Below are positions 48,441-56,819 of a DNA stretch of 64,000 bases, piece after piece (the first letter of the stretch is position 1; each line of letters starts with the position of its first letter). A program made the translations under genes and the position numbers. The DNA lies in the IMG/VR virus record IMGVR_UViG_3300031415_000002, positions 1,702-65,701 of that record, one strand, 5' to 3'. Source of the stretch: a virus (taxonomy: Duplodnaviria > Caudoviricetes). The notes beneath the pieces are model-generated. The model did no database searches. It had not been told where the DNA came from and saw only the letters and a program-made list of their open reading frames with translations.

Positions 48441-48812
48441 ATTGGTATTTCCTTCTACTGCTGCTGATTCCGTGCATTTACCGCCAGCACGGTAGGCGAT
48501 TGCGGGCTAATAAGGAATGTGTTTCGCGCCACATTTTCAGCAGGCGTTCGCCCTTGCGCCGTTTCACTCGCCACAATTTATCCACCGCGATTAACGCCAG
48601 CGGTGGAAGGCGGGCCACGGACACCGATCCGTCAAAGGGCTCTACATTGCTGTAGGCGGGGACTTGAACCCACTTGCTTACCAAATCTCGGCCACCGAGC
48701 CGGAATTGAACCGGCCACTATGTTTAGTGCGGGCAGGGCGTAACGCATGGGTCAATGGCTTCCCTGCCTCCGCTTCTATCCCATACGCCGCCGCACTAAC
48801 TCTGAAACTAAG
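48441..48812 (-). ncRNA. Candidate structured RNA(s) with tRNA T-arm mimics
   Basis: GCCGG-TTCAATT-CCGGC and GGG-TTCAAGT-CCC plus many hairpins; ORF-free. Confidence 0.45.
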
Positions 48813-49295
48813 CGGCCCGTTCTGTTCCAAGGTGGAGCCATACCCGTCGTCAGTTACGCTGCGAAGCGCACTTCCGAGACGTGATTGTCGTTGACAATTA
48901 CGAGTTTCATCCTGTTAAGGCCGGGTGTCGCCTAGCCGCGTTCAATCTCAATCCGCGCAGTCGATCCTAGTTCGCCCCCATCAACTGCATACTCTGCATT
49001 GCGTCCAATGCCTAGCCAATCTCATTAGCTTGCGGTCGAGGCGTGTATTGCCAGAGCCGAACTAGTGAGTATGCAGATGGTGGAGGCGGCGGGTACTGCC
49101 CCCGCGTCCTCGCGCTTCAATCAATCAACCGTATTACGGCTATACCATCAACCCAACGGGAAGGCTGCTTACGATACACCTATTCCGCGCGGACGCGGAT
49201 TCGATAACCCCGTTGGGTTAATCTCTATTCCGCCAACACTATCAAAGACCGTTGCCACACATTTATCTAAGTCAGCGGTGTGGCCGTGCTTCCTA
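48813..49295 (-). ncRNA. ssrA: Two-piece (circularly permuted) tmRNA
   Basis: Acceptor piece ends GGACGCGGGGGCAGTACCCGCCGCCTCCACCA (CCA ends at 49078); self-pairing intervening segment; coding piece starts GGGGGCGAACTAGGATCGAC (48979); G3-U70 pair; tag ORF 48895-48854; promoter TTGACA at 49325-49330. Outer ends are approximate. Confidence 0.92.
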
Positions 49296-49428
49296 TCATT
49301 TCTTATCGAACCACAATCCAATCCTGTCAACACCTTTTTTTCATCACCCGCTTTCGCAAGTAACAAAAATGCGTTATATGTGCATTCAAGCATCGTCGTG
49401 ACGACAGAAGCTAAAAGGATTGCCCACG

Positions 49429-50613
49429 TTGCAAGTCTCGGTATTTGACCGGATGGAAATTATGGATAGCCGCCGTACAAACGACGGCTTTCTTGCGACG
49501 AAGGGGCGTATCAGCAAAACTGGAATTTACGAATATCGTAAGGGTGAAGTAGGCGCGGCTGGAAACCCTAACGATATTGTCAAGATTTACCGCAGTGAAG
49601 ATGCCGTGTTTTCCGATGAAAGCATGGCAACTTTTGCGCACCGCCCCATCACGCTCAATCACCCTCCTGTAATGGTGGACGCCCAGAATTGGAAGCGTTA
49701 CGCCGTGGGTCAGGCCGGAAGCAAAGTGCGCCGTGACGGCGATTTTGTCGAAGTGGACATGCTTTTGCTTGACGGCTCTGCGATTTCCGCTGTCGAGGGC
49801 GGCGCGATGATTTCACCAGGGTATGTAGCTGAGGTGGACATGACCCCCGGCCAGACCCCGGAAGGCGAGCATTTCGACGGGCAGATGGTTGGTCCATTCC
49901 GTGGAAATCATATCGCGGTCCTGACGGGCCGTGGTCGAGGCGGGCCAGAATGCCGCATTGGTGATGCGTGGCCCATGGAAGATCACCGTACACCCCCTAA
50001 AAAGGATACCCGAATGTCCACTCTGATGTTGGACGGCCTCAAGGTGGACCTCTCGGACGCAGAGGCTGTCACCGCCGCCGTTAAGAAGTTGACCGATGCG
50101 AAGGATGCGGCGGACGCTCGCGCTGAAAAGGCCGAAAAGGCGCTCACCGATGCAGAGGCCAAGGCCGCGACCGATTTGAAGGACGCGAACGACCGCGCCG
50201 ACAAGGCGGAAGCCTCCGAAGCAACCGCTAAGAAGGAACTTGCCGATAGCAAGGTGACGCCGGAGCAGCTTCGTGATGCGGCCAAGGCTTACGCCAAGGT
50301 TGTGGACGGCGCAGCCAAGATCGCGGCTGACTTCAAGATCGAAGACAGCATGACCGAGGCTGAAATCAAGAAGGGCGCGGTTCTCGTTGCCCTTGGTGAC
50401 GCCTACAAGGACAAGAGCGACGCATTTTTTGACGCGGCGTTTGAGATCGAGGTTGGCAAGGTCAAGGTTGCCGACAAGGCCCCCATCGACCCGTTCCGCG
50501 ACGCCATGGCGCACCGCGATGTTGTCGATTTCGCGGACGCAGCGGCTAAGGCCAAGACGGCTCGCGAAAAGATGATTGCCGAAATGACCGCTCCGCGCGG
50601 CGAAGCCAAGTAA
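49429..50613 (+). CDS. Head maturation/scaffold protein (DUF2213)
   Basis: GRISKTGIYEY, HRPITLNHP, SPGYVAE and GNHIAVLTGRGRGGPECRIGD; Ala/Lys-rich coiled coil. Confidence 0.88.
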   Translation: MQVSVFDRMEIMDSRRTNDGFLATKGRISKTGIYEYRKGEVGAAGNPNDIVKIYRSEDAVFSDESMATFAHRPITLNHPPVMVDAQNWKRYAVGQAGSKVRRDGDFVEVDMLLLDGSAISAVEGGAMISPGYVAEVDMTPGQTPEGEHFDGQMVGPFRGNHIAVLTGRGRGGPECRIGDAWPMEDHRTPPKKDTRMSTLMLDGLKVDLSDAEAVTAAVKKLTDAKDAADARAEKAEKALTDAEAKAATDLKDANDRADKAEASEATAKKELADSKVTPEQLRDAAKAYAKVVDGAAKIAADFKIEDSMTEAEIKKGAVLVALGDAYKDKSDAFFDAAFEIEVGKVKVADKAPIDPFRDAMAHRDVVDFADAAAKAKTAREKMIAEMTAPRGEAK

Positions 50614-50625
50614 GGAGCAAGGAAC

Positions 50626-51111
50626 ATGCCTTCCTACAACATGCAGACCTCGTACACGGCCAACTTTGCCAAGGGGCAGATGGGCCAGATTGCGAACGAG
50701 GAAAAGTACAACGCGGTTAGCCGTTCGGTTCAGACCGCCAATGGCCTGCCGTTCGGCTATCCCGCTGGTCGCGGTACGCTCGATCATACCTGCATCCTGT
50801 ATGCAGCGGGCGGCAAGTTCATGGGCCTTGTTGTCAAGACCATGACCCCCGAGCATCGCCAGCCGGGCGGCGTCATCATCACCGATGGCTACCCGCAGTA
50901 TGCAACCGCCGCACTGATGACCGAAGGTCAGATGTATGCCGTGGTCAATACCGCCGTTGCGGCGGGTGACGCGGTTTACTGGAATGCCGCATCGGGCCGC
51001 TATACCAACGTGAATACGGATGTTGCCATCCCGAACGCACGTTTCGATACCACCGCAACCGCCGCTGGCCAGATTGTTGAAATCTCGCTTGGCAATCACC
51101 GCGTCGCATAA
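50626..51111 (+). CDS. Head decoration/cement protein
   Basis: Between scaffold and MCP; GLPFG, TEGQMYA and ARF motifs. Confidence 0.75.
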   Translation: MPSYNMQTSYTANFAKGQMGQIANEEKYNAVSRSVQTANGLPFGYPAGRGTLDHTCILYAAGGKFMGLVVKTMTPEHRQPGGVIITDGYPQYATAALMTEGQMYAVVNTAVAAGDAVYWNAASGRYTNVNTDVAIPNARFDTTATAAGQIVEISLGNHRVA

Positions 51112-51125
51112 AGGGGCAGACGAAA

Positions 51126-52130
51126 ATGGCTTTTCTTACTGACGCACGCGGCGTAATGCTTAGCGATCAGGCGTCGCTTTCCTTCGTTCAGAACAACCTG
51201 TCGTATATTGAGCCGCAGGTTTATGAGCGCCGTTATCAGAATGCGGACTATCGCCGCCACCTTTCGGTTGTTACCGAGGGTCCGCAGTGGGCCGCAAGCT
51301 CGACTTTCTACGCCATGGACCGCGCTGGCGAAGCCAAGTTCGTGACGGGTGCCGCGACCGACATTCCCTATGTCTCGCTGGATCGCACCCAGTTCAACGC
51401 ACCCAATTACATGATTGCGGCGGGCTACGAGTGGAATGTCGAGGAAGTCAATCAGGCCCTGATTGCCAACGTCAACATTTCTGCTGAACTTCCCCTGACT
51501 GCGCGACAGGTTGTGGAGCGCACGCTTTACAGCATCGCGATGACCGGCAAGACCAACCCGGCCAACGCGGCGTCGGAAAAGAACCTGACTGGCCTTGTGA
51601 ACGACACGGGCGTGACCAGCTATACCGTGGCCGCGACCGGCACGGGTTCGTCCACTTTCTGGGCTAACAAGACGCCGGACCAGATTCTGTTCGACGTAAA
51701 CACTCTGCTTGGCGGCATCCCGACCGCGACGGCAAACGTCGAGTATGCCGACACGCTTCGCCTGCCTCCGAGCGCGATGCGGTACATTTCGTCGGTCCGA
51801 CTGGGTAACGGCGATGGCTCGCTGACCATCCTGCGCTTCCTGCGTGAGAACAACATCCTCACCGCTGAAACCGGTCAGGTTCTGGATATTCAGTCCATTC
51901 CCGAACTGGAAACGGCTGGCGCTGGCGGCAATGGTCGCATGATCGCGTACCGCAATGCGCCTGAGGTTGTGCGCTTCTCGCTGCCGATGCCCTTCATGCT
52001 CCTGCCGATCCGTTCGCGCTCGATCATGTCGTTTGAGGGCGCGGGCATCGCTCGCACGGGCGGCACGCAGATTCGCCTTACCGGCGCGATCCGCTATGCG
52101 GACGGCATCACGAATGGCTCCGGCTCGTAA
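51126..52130 (+). CDS. Major capsid protein (DUF2184-type, HK97 fold)
   Basis: 334 aa; IAAGYEWNVEE, TGLVND, TPDQILFDVN and ARTGGTQIR; GC3-rich codons. Confidence 0.88.
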   Translation: MAFLTDARGVMLSDQASLSFVQNNLSYIEPQVYERRYQNADYRRHLSVVTEGPQWAASSTFYAMDRAGEAKFVTGAATDIPYVSLDRTQFNAPNYMIAAGYEWNVEEVNQALIANVNISAELPLTARQVVERTLYSIAMTGKTNPANAASEKNLTGLVNDTGVTSYTVAATGTGSSTFWANKTPDQILFDVNTLLGGIPTATANVEYADTLRLPPSAMRYISSVRLGNGDGSLTILRFLRENNILTAETGQVLDIQSIPELETAGAGGNGRMIAYRNAPEVVRFSLPMPFMLLPIRSRSIMSFEGAGIARTGGTQIRLTGAIRYADGITNGSGS

Positions 52131-52164
52131 GCATTAAGCTGCTTGCAAACAGTCTGGTTATTGG

Positions 52165-52197
52165 GCCCGTCGTCATAATCGGCGGCGGGCTTATTTT
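52165..52197 (+). terminator. Terminator after the MCP gene
   Basis: GCCCGTCGTC-ATAATC-GGCGGCGGGC-TTATTTT. Confidence 0.7.
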
Positions 52198-52213
52198 GTA
52201 GATAGGTTGGTAC

Positions 52214-53899
52214 ATGGCTCTGAATACTCTTACTCTCGCCAATTCAGACCTATCGGGATCGGGTTCCGTTCCTATTGACGGCATTACGCCCGGCTCCACA
52301 ATCACATTGACCAGCAATCCCGAAGGCGCTTTCTTTTTTGACGGCGCAAACCTTGTATATAATCTATCGTCAAGCTATCCTCGGATACTGCACCCTGTTT
52401 TGCTTGAGCGTCTTGGCCAGGATCAAGGCCAAAGCATTCTTAGCGTAAATGTCGCGGGAAGTTTTGGGCCCGGGCCAACGCAGGCCGGGGGCGTAGATGC
52501 CGTCGCGCGGGCTGCGGCAGCAGCCGCCAATGCCAACGCCACCAGAGGTGCGGGCCGGATACTTAATATGGTGGTCCCTATTGGGGACAGCCGAACCGAT
52601 GCAGTCTATCTCAATGCCAGCCAGCTTGGATATGGTGCGCGCTCCCCCCTGAACGTAGCAAAAGCATTACTTGGCCAGAGGATTATTGTCGGTCCCGGCT
52701 TGGGTAAATCTGGCGACAGAACGGATCAAACACTAGCCCGCATGATGGGCCTGCTTCCTACCGCTAATGCATCGGTTCCGAGTGGCGACCCGCGATCCAC
52801 AAAAGCCAAGATTGGTTATGTTCAGGTTGCGGTAAACAACATTGCGCAAACCGCAACTGGCTTTACTTATGTACATTCTGTAACCGGAGAAACTGTTACA
52901 ATAGGGACGGTTGCATCAGTCACGTTTCGCGATCTTCGCCAAATCGCAGACATGATGATTGACGCAGGCATGACAGTAATAATGGAAAACGAAGTTGGTG
53001 CAAATGGAATTTCAACGCAGGAAAAAGTAACTGCGATGATGAATTTGCGTCAAATGATTCGTGAATATGCAGAATCAACCCCTGGGATTTATCTGCATGA
53101 CGCATTTTCAATTATTGCAAACCCAACGAATTCTACTTCTGCCATTGCTCTTAGGCCAACGCTGATCTACGATGCGACCCACCCCAACGCTCTTGGGTCT
53201 TACCTTTGGGGGAAAAGCCTTGCTGCGCTTATTAGCGGGCTTGTGCCAGCATCAACGCGCGGCCCCTTGCTTCTGGAAAATATCGCCGAATCGCAAGCCG
53301 CCAATCGTCGCCAAGTTTTGCTAAACCCGCTATTCGCTGCCAATACCGGAGGAACTGTCGGAACTGGCATCACTGGCACTGTTCCTGCGAATTGGGGTGC
53401 GGCGTGTGGCGGCGCAGCAACTGCAACCACTGGCACGACCGCCAATATTAACGGCATTGGCAACGATGTGACCGTTGCGGCTACATTTAATGGAAATGCA
53501 GACTCCGTTCGATTCAATCAAAGCCTGTCAGGCAATAGTTCTGGTCAGTATAATGCGCAGCTAGCGGTTGGTGATATTATCCAGGCAGTTGCTCAGATTG
53601 ATGTTACAGGAAATCCTTCGGGTCTTGCGTCCCTGTATTTGTCGCTTGTTTGCAACAAAGGCGGAGGGGACGCGACACCAACCTCTTCCTTTGATATGTT
53701 TAGCGCAAATTCCGCTAGCGATTACGGCGTAAACGAGGCATGCACTCTAACACTGGCAACGCGTCCTTTTGCAATTCCCGCCTCAATTGGAAGTTTTCCT
53801 TTTTTGACAGCCGAGATTAGGGCTGTAGCGCGCGCGTCTGGATCGGCGAACTTTACGATTCGCCAGTTTGGTGTTATGCGCCGCGACAGCACTTATTGA
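52214..53899 (+). CDS. SGNH/GDSL hydrolase-domain virion protein
   Basis: PIGDSRT (block I), GKSGDRTDQ, VNNI and YDATHPN (block V); C-terminal jelly-roll-like region. Confidence 0.8.
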   Translation: MALNTLTLANSDLSGSGSVPIDGITPGSTITLTSNPEGAFFFDGANLVYNLSSSYPRILHPVLLERLGQDQGQSILSVNVAGSFGPGPTQAGGVDAVARAAAAAANANATRGAGRILNMVVPIGDSRTDAVYLNASQLGYGARSPLNVAKALLGQRIIVGPGLGKSGDRTDQTLARMMGLLPTANASVPSGDPRSTKAKIGYVQVAVNNIAQTATGFTYVHSVTGETVTIGTVASVTFRDLRQIADMMIDAGMTVIMENEVGANGISTQEKVTAMMNLRQMIREYAESTPGIYLHDAFSIIANPTNSTSAIALRPTLIYDATHPNALGSYLWGKSLAALISGLVPASTRGPLLLENIAESQAANRRQVLLNPLFAANTGGTVGTGITGTVPANWGAACGGAATATTGTTANINGIGNDVTVAATFNGNADSVRFNQSLSGNSSGQYNAQLAVGDIIQAVAQIDVTGNPSGLASLYLSLVCNKGGGDATPTSSFDMFSANSASDYGVNEACTLTLATRPFAIPASIGSFPFLTAEIRAVARASGSANFTIRQFGVMRRDSTY

Positions 53900-53931
53900 C
53901 GTACTGCGAGAAATTTTTAAGGGGTATCAAA

Positions 53932-54492
53932 ATGCAAATCCGAGTCAAGAATCTCAATAAGGGCCATCGCGGCATTTACGTGAATGGCGAGCTGGTTTTC
54001 GTGGATGGCGGCGGCACCTCGACATTCACCGGCGCTACCGCAGATGAGCGCGATGCCGCTACCGCCATTGAAGGACTCAAGGTTCAGTCGCGTCAGGGGG
54101 ATAGCGGAGATTGGACGGATCATTTCAAGGAAGAGATGCCGCAGGAGCGCCCCTGGATCGCAATCGCCACGGATGCGGACGGCACCAATTTCAAGCCCCT
54201 GACGGACGCGGACGGCGCTTGGTATATCGGCATGGCGGTTGGCGGCGAACGCCCTGACGGTGCTGGCGGCTATAAGTGGGCCAAAGTTGGTGGCGACGTG
54301 GAAGCGTCTACTCCGGTTCAAGAGGAAGCGGTCGCCACCGACTTTGATGTCTTGGTGGCAGGCAATGCTGCCGATGTCATCAAGGCCATCACCAAGGACA
54401 ATGCGGCGCAGATTGGCGATGCCGAGGAAAAGCGTGATGGCGGGCCACGCAAGGGCGTCATGAAGGCTGTCGAAGAGGCGATGGCTGACTAA
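53932..54492 (+). CDS. Hypothetical head-associated protein
   Basis: ATG 53932; C-terminal EEKRDGGPRKGV. Confidence 0.6.
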   Translation: MQIRVKNLNKGHRGIYVNGELVFVDGGGTSTFTGATADERDAATAIEGLKVQSRQGDSGDWTDHFKEEMPQERPWIAIATDADGTNFKPLTDADGAWYIGMAVGGERPDGAGGYKWAKVGGDVEASTPVQEEAVATDFDVLVAGNAADVIKAITKDNAAQIGDAEEKRDGGPRKGVMKAVEEAMAD

Positions 54493-54941
54493 TGGCCTAC
54501 ATCAATCCGACTCCAGCCGATGTTAAAGCTGACTTCCCCGCATTTGCGGCTGTTGATGACACGGCTATTCAGCGCCGCATTGACCGTGCCGCAATGTGGG
54601 TCGATGAAAGCTGGCTGGAGTCGGATTATGCTTACGCCAAGGAATTGCTTGCCGCGCATTACCTTACCGTCGATGGTCTTGGCGGCGGCGATGCAGAGAT
54701 TGCAGCATATCGTGAGGCTGGCGTCACCAAATTGAAGTCCGGCACGCTCGACGTTACGTTTTCCGAGATTGCCACGTCTGGCGGCTCGGAGTTTGACGAA
54801 ACCAGCTTTGGACGGCGTTTTTATGCCCTGCTGCGCAAGAATAAGTCTGGCCCGTTGACGACGGGCGGCGGCTGTGGCGGCATAGCCGCCGCTGCTACAG
54901 ACGTTCCTTGGGCATGGGCAACGAACGGCTGGGGACTGTAA
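54492..54941 (+). CDS. Head-tail adaptor (DUF4054-like)
   Basis: FPAFAAV, LLAAHYL and TSFGRRFYAL motifs. Confidence 0.8.
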   Translation: MAYINPTPADVKADFPAFAAVDDTAIQRRIDRAAMWVDESWLESDYAYAKELLAAHYLTVDGLGGGDAEIAAYREAGVTKLKSGTLDVTFSEIATSGGSEFDETSFGRRFYALLRKNKSGPLTTGGGCGGIAAAATDVPWAWATNGWGL

Positions 54942-55315
54942 TGGGCTTGCTCGACGGCGGAGGCGCAGCCCTCCTGAACCGAATTTTCACGCCCATCTAT
55001 CTGCCCGGTACGGTTTACACCAATCTGACCGTCTATGATCGCTATGGCGAGCCTAGCGCGGTCACGAACGCAACGCCGTGTCGCATCCAGATTGACGCCA
55101 TGACGGAGGCTATGCGTTCGGCCGAAGGCGCGGCGGATCAGGATCGAAGGGCTATTGTGTTGGCTGACGATGGCATCGCGTTTGACACCGATGCGGAATT
55201 GTCGGCTGATGGTGGGCCGTATGCCGGATCGCGGTGGATCGTGATGAGTATTGATCGCGATCCGGCTGGGGCGTATTTTCAGTGTAGGGTTAGGCGAAAC
55301 CCGAGCGCTGGATAA
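54941..55315 (+). CDS. Head closure protein
   Basis: Position; WIVMSIDRDPAGAYFQCRVR. Confidence 0.65.
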   Translation: MGLLDGGGAALLNRIFTPIYLPGTVYTNLTVYDRYGEPSAVTNATPCRIQIDAMTEAMRSAEGAADQDRRAIVLADDGIAFDTDAELSADGGPYAGSRWIVMSIDRDPAGAYFQCRVRRNPSAG

Positions 55316-55451
55316 TCAGCACAATCGCAATGATAATGATCGCGACCGAGCCAAATTGCGTTAGCTTGGCGTCGGGGCTCAGAATGCGTAGCGCATAGAT
55401 GCACAGCGCCGCTATTAGCAAGATGATTAGGGCTGAGATTAGCAAACTCAT
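55290..55451 (-). CDS. Small 2-TM membrane protein (53 aa, not in ORF track)
   Basis: MSLLISALIILLIAALCIYALRILSPDAKLTQFGSVAIIIIAIVLIIQRSGFA*. Confidence 0.55.
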   Translation of the reverse strand: MSLLISALIILLIAALCIYALRILSPDAKLTQFGSVAIIIIAIVLIIQRSGFA

Positions 55452-55681
55452 GGCTTAACTTCCTCTACGGTTATACGCATCAAAACACCGTCACTAAAAC
55501 GAATATCCCTGGATACGGATTGCGTGTCAGGCTTGGCAATAATGTCAGCACAAAGCGCCATCAACACGCCTTGCGTGACATTCTTGATGCGCTTGATGCG
55601 CGGATCGTTGCGGCGTTCTTCGGTTAGCCAAATGTCACCGCTGGATGAGTCCATGCGGATGCTTAGGTTGGCGGGCTTCAT
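55448..55681 (-). CDS. Hypothetical protein
   Basis: 77 aa, coupled. Confidence 0.55.
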   Translation of the reverse strand: MKPANLSIRMDSSSGDIWLTEERRNDPRIKRIKNVTQGVLMALCADIIAKPDTQSVSRDIRFSDGVLMRITVEEVKP

Positions 55682-55857
55682 GGCTTTTTAACAAACCGCC
55701 CACCCGCACCCCGAACCCGCTCAAACGGGGCCAGTCGCGCCTCAAGCGCTGCAATCTTGCTGGACTGCGCAGAAAGGCGGGTTTTTAGACCCTCAATCTG
55801 CAAATCCTTGGCGTTGATGGCGTCGTCATGCTTTCGCTTGGTGATAAACATATTCAT
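55678..55857 (-). CDS. Small coiled-coil hypothetical protein
   Basis: Follows the promoter at 55894. Confidence 0.5.
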   Translation of the reverse strand: MNMFITKRKHDDAINAKDLQIEGLKTRLSAQSSKIAALEARLAPFERVRGAGGRFVKKP

Positions 55858-55981
55858 TCCTCCTGTGTGCAGGAATAACCGCCCCACCCCCGGTGTCAAC
55901 ACATTTATTTCGCACTACCGCGCCATGCCCATCTGTGTTACACCATAGCCGCGCATTCGCGCATCCAAGGAGACACCAACC

Positions 55982-56086
55982 ATGGCTATCACCCCGTTCC
56001 GCATTGGCGACGAAGACGAACCAGATGGCGTTGACCCCGGCAGCAGCGGACCCCCCAAGAAGCCGCCCACTGTCTCGGTGATCTAA
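55982..56086 (+). CDS. 34-aa acidic/Pro-rich peptide (not in ORF track)
   Basis: AAGGAG RBS; MAITPFRIGDEDEPDGVDPGSSGPPKKPPTVSVI*; stop overlaps next ATG. Confidence 0.5.
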   Translation: MAITPFRIGDEDEPDGVDPGSSGPPKKPPTVSVI

Positions 56087-56556
56087 TGTCGCCCGAATGC
56101 CTATATTGGGTAGCGCTTTGCGCGCTAGTGCTGCCATCGGTGCCATTCAACAGGATGGCGCTAGTGGTCTTAGCCGTATGGGCATTCGGGCACTTATGCC
56201 ATATGCTGGGTCCATTCGAGGATGCGGCGTATATGTTTTCGCGGATTGTCGCGCTTGGTGCGGCGGTAGCTATTTCACACCCTTGGAATGGCCATCGCCG
56301 CGTCATTGGACACGCCATCGTTACATGGCTATTCGTGCCATCCGCCCTACTAGCGGCCTATGTCGCCATCTATTTTGAGCATCCCCCAGTTGATATGGCG
56401 GAATGGCGGCATCAGGTGACGGTGTATTGGCTTAATTGGGCCATCATCATGGCCCAGGCCATAGCCATCCCGTTCGGCAACGATTGGGCGAAACTGCGCA
56501 AAATAGATGATTGGATCATAGCGCGAATTGTCCGTCACTTCGGGGATGCGGCATAA
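56086..56556 (+). CDS. Multi-TM membrane protein
   Basis: About 4-5 hydrophobic helices. Confidence 0.65.
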   Translation: MSPECLYWVALCALVLPSVPFNRMALVVLAVWAFGHLCHMLGPFEDAAYMFSRIVALGAAVAISHPWNGHRRVIGHAIVTWLFVPSALLAAYVAIYFEHPPVDMAEWRHQVTVYWLNWAIIMAQAIAIPFGNDWAKLRKIDDWIIARIVRHFGDAA

Positions 56557-56819
56557 TGCTGGTGCTGAGTATCATTGCATGGATTGCCGTGACTGTTGTG
56601 ACAATTCCATCAACATGGCGTTTGGTTCGCGGCAAACCACAAGATCATGACGCTATCAAATTCTCGTATTTCCTGATATCAGTTGTTGTGTTGGGATTCA
56701 GTATTCGTTGGGTCGTGGCCCCCGATGAGCATTTTTTCCTTGAGGTGATGAGGCTACTCAACACCTGTCTTGCGTTATTCCTGCTTATCATGGTGCGATT
56801 CTACAAAGATGGCAGATAA
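56556..56819 (+). CDS. 3-TM membrane protein
   Basis: Hydrophobic 87 aa, coupled. Confidence 0.6.
   Translation: MLVLSIIAWIAVTVVTIPSTWRLVRGKPQDHDAIKFSYFLISVVVLGFSIRWVVAPDEHFFLEVMRLLNTCLALFLLIMVRFYKDGR

Noticed and set aside
48640-48760. Canonical tRNA genes
   Set aside because: T-arms are present but there is no proper anticodon arm or CCA end; reported instead as possible mimics
49078-49110. tmRNA 3' end as attP for integration
   Set aside because: No integrase or repressor cassette is visible, and the whole gene with its promoter is present rather than a short att fragment; cannot be excluded for the unseen part of the genome
49100-49115. HDV/theta ribozyme-like GCG-TCCTCG-CGC
   Set aside because: It is just the antisense of the tmRNA arm; the other helices are missing
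49813-51099. 428-aa minus-strand ORF
   Set aside because: Shadow of the GC3-rich scaffold and decoration genes; no motifs or RBS
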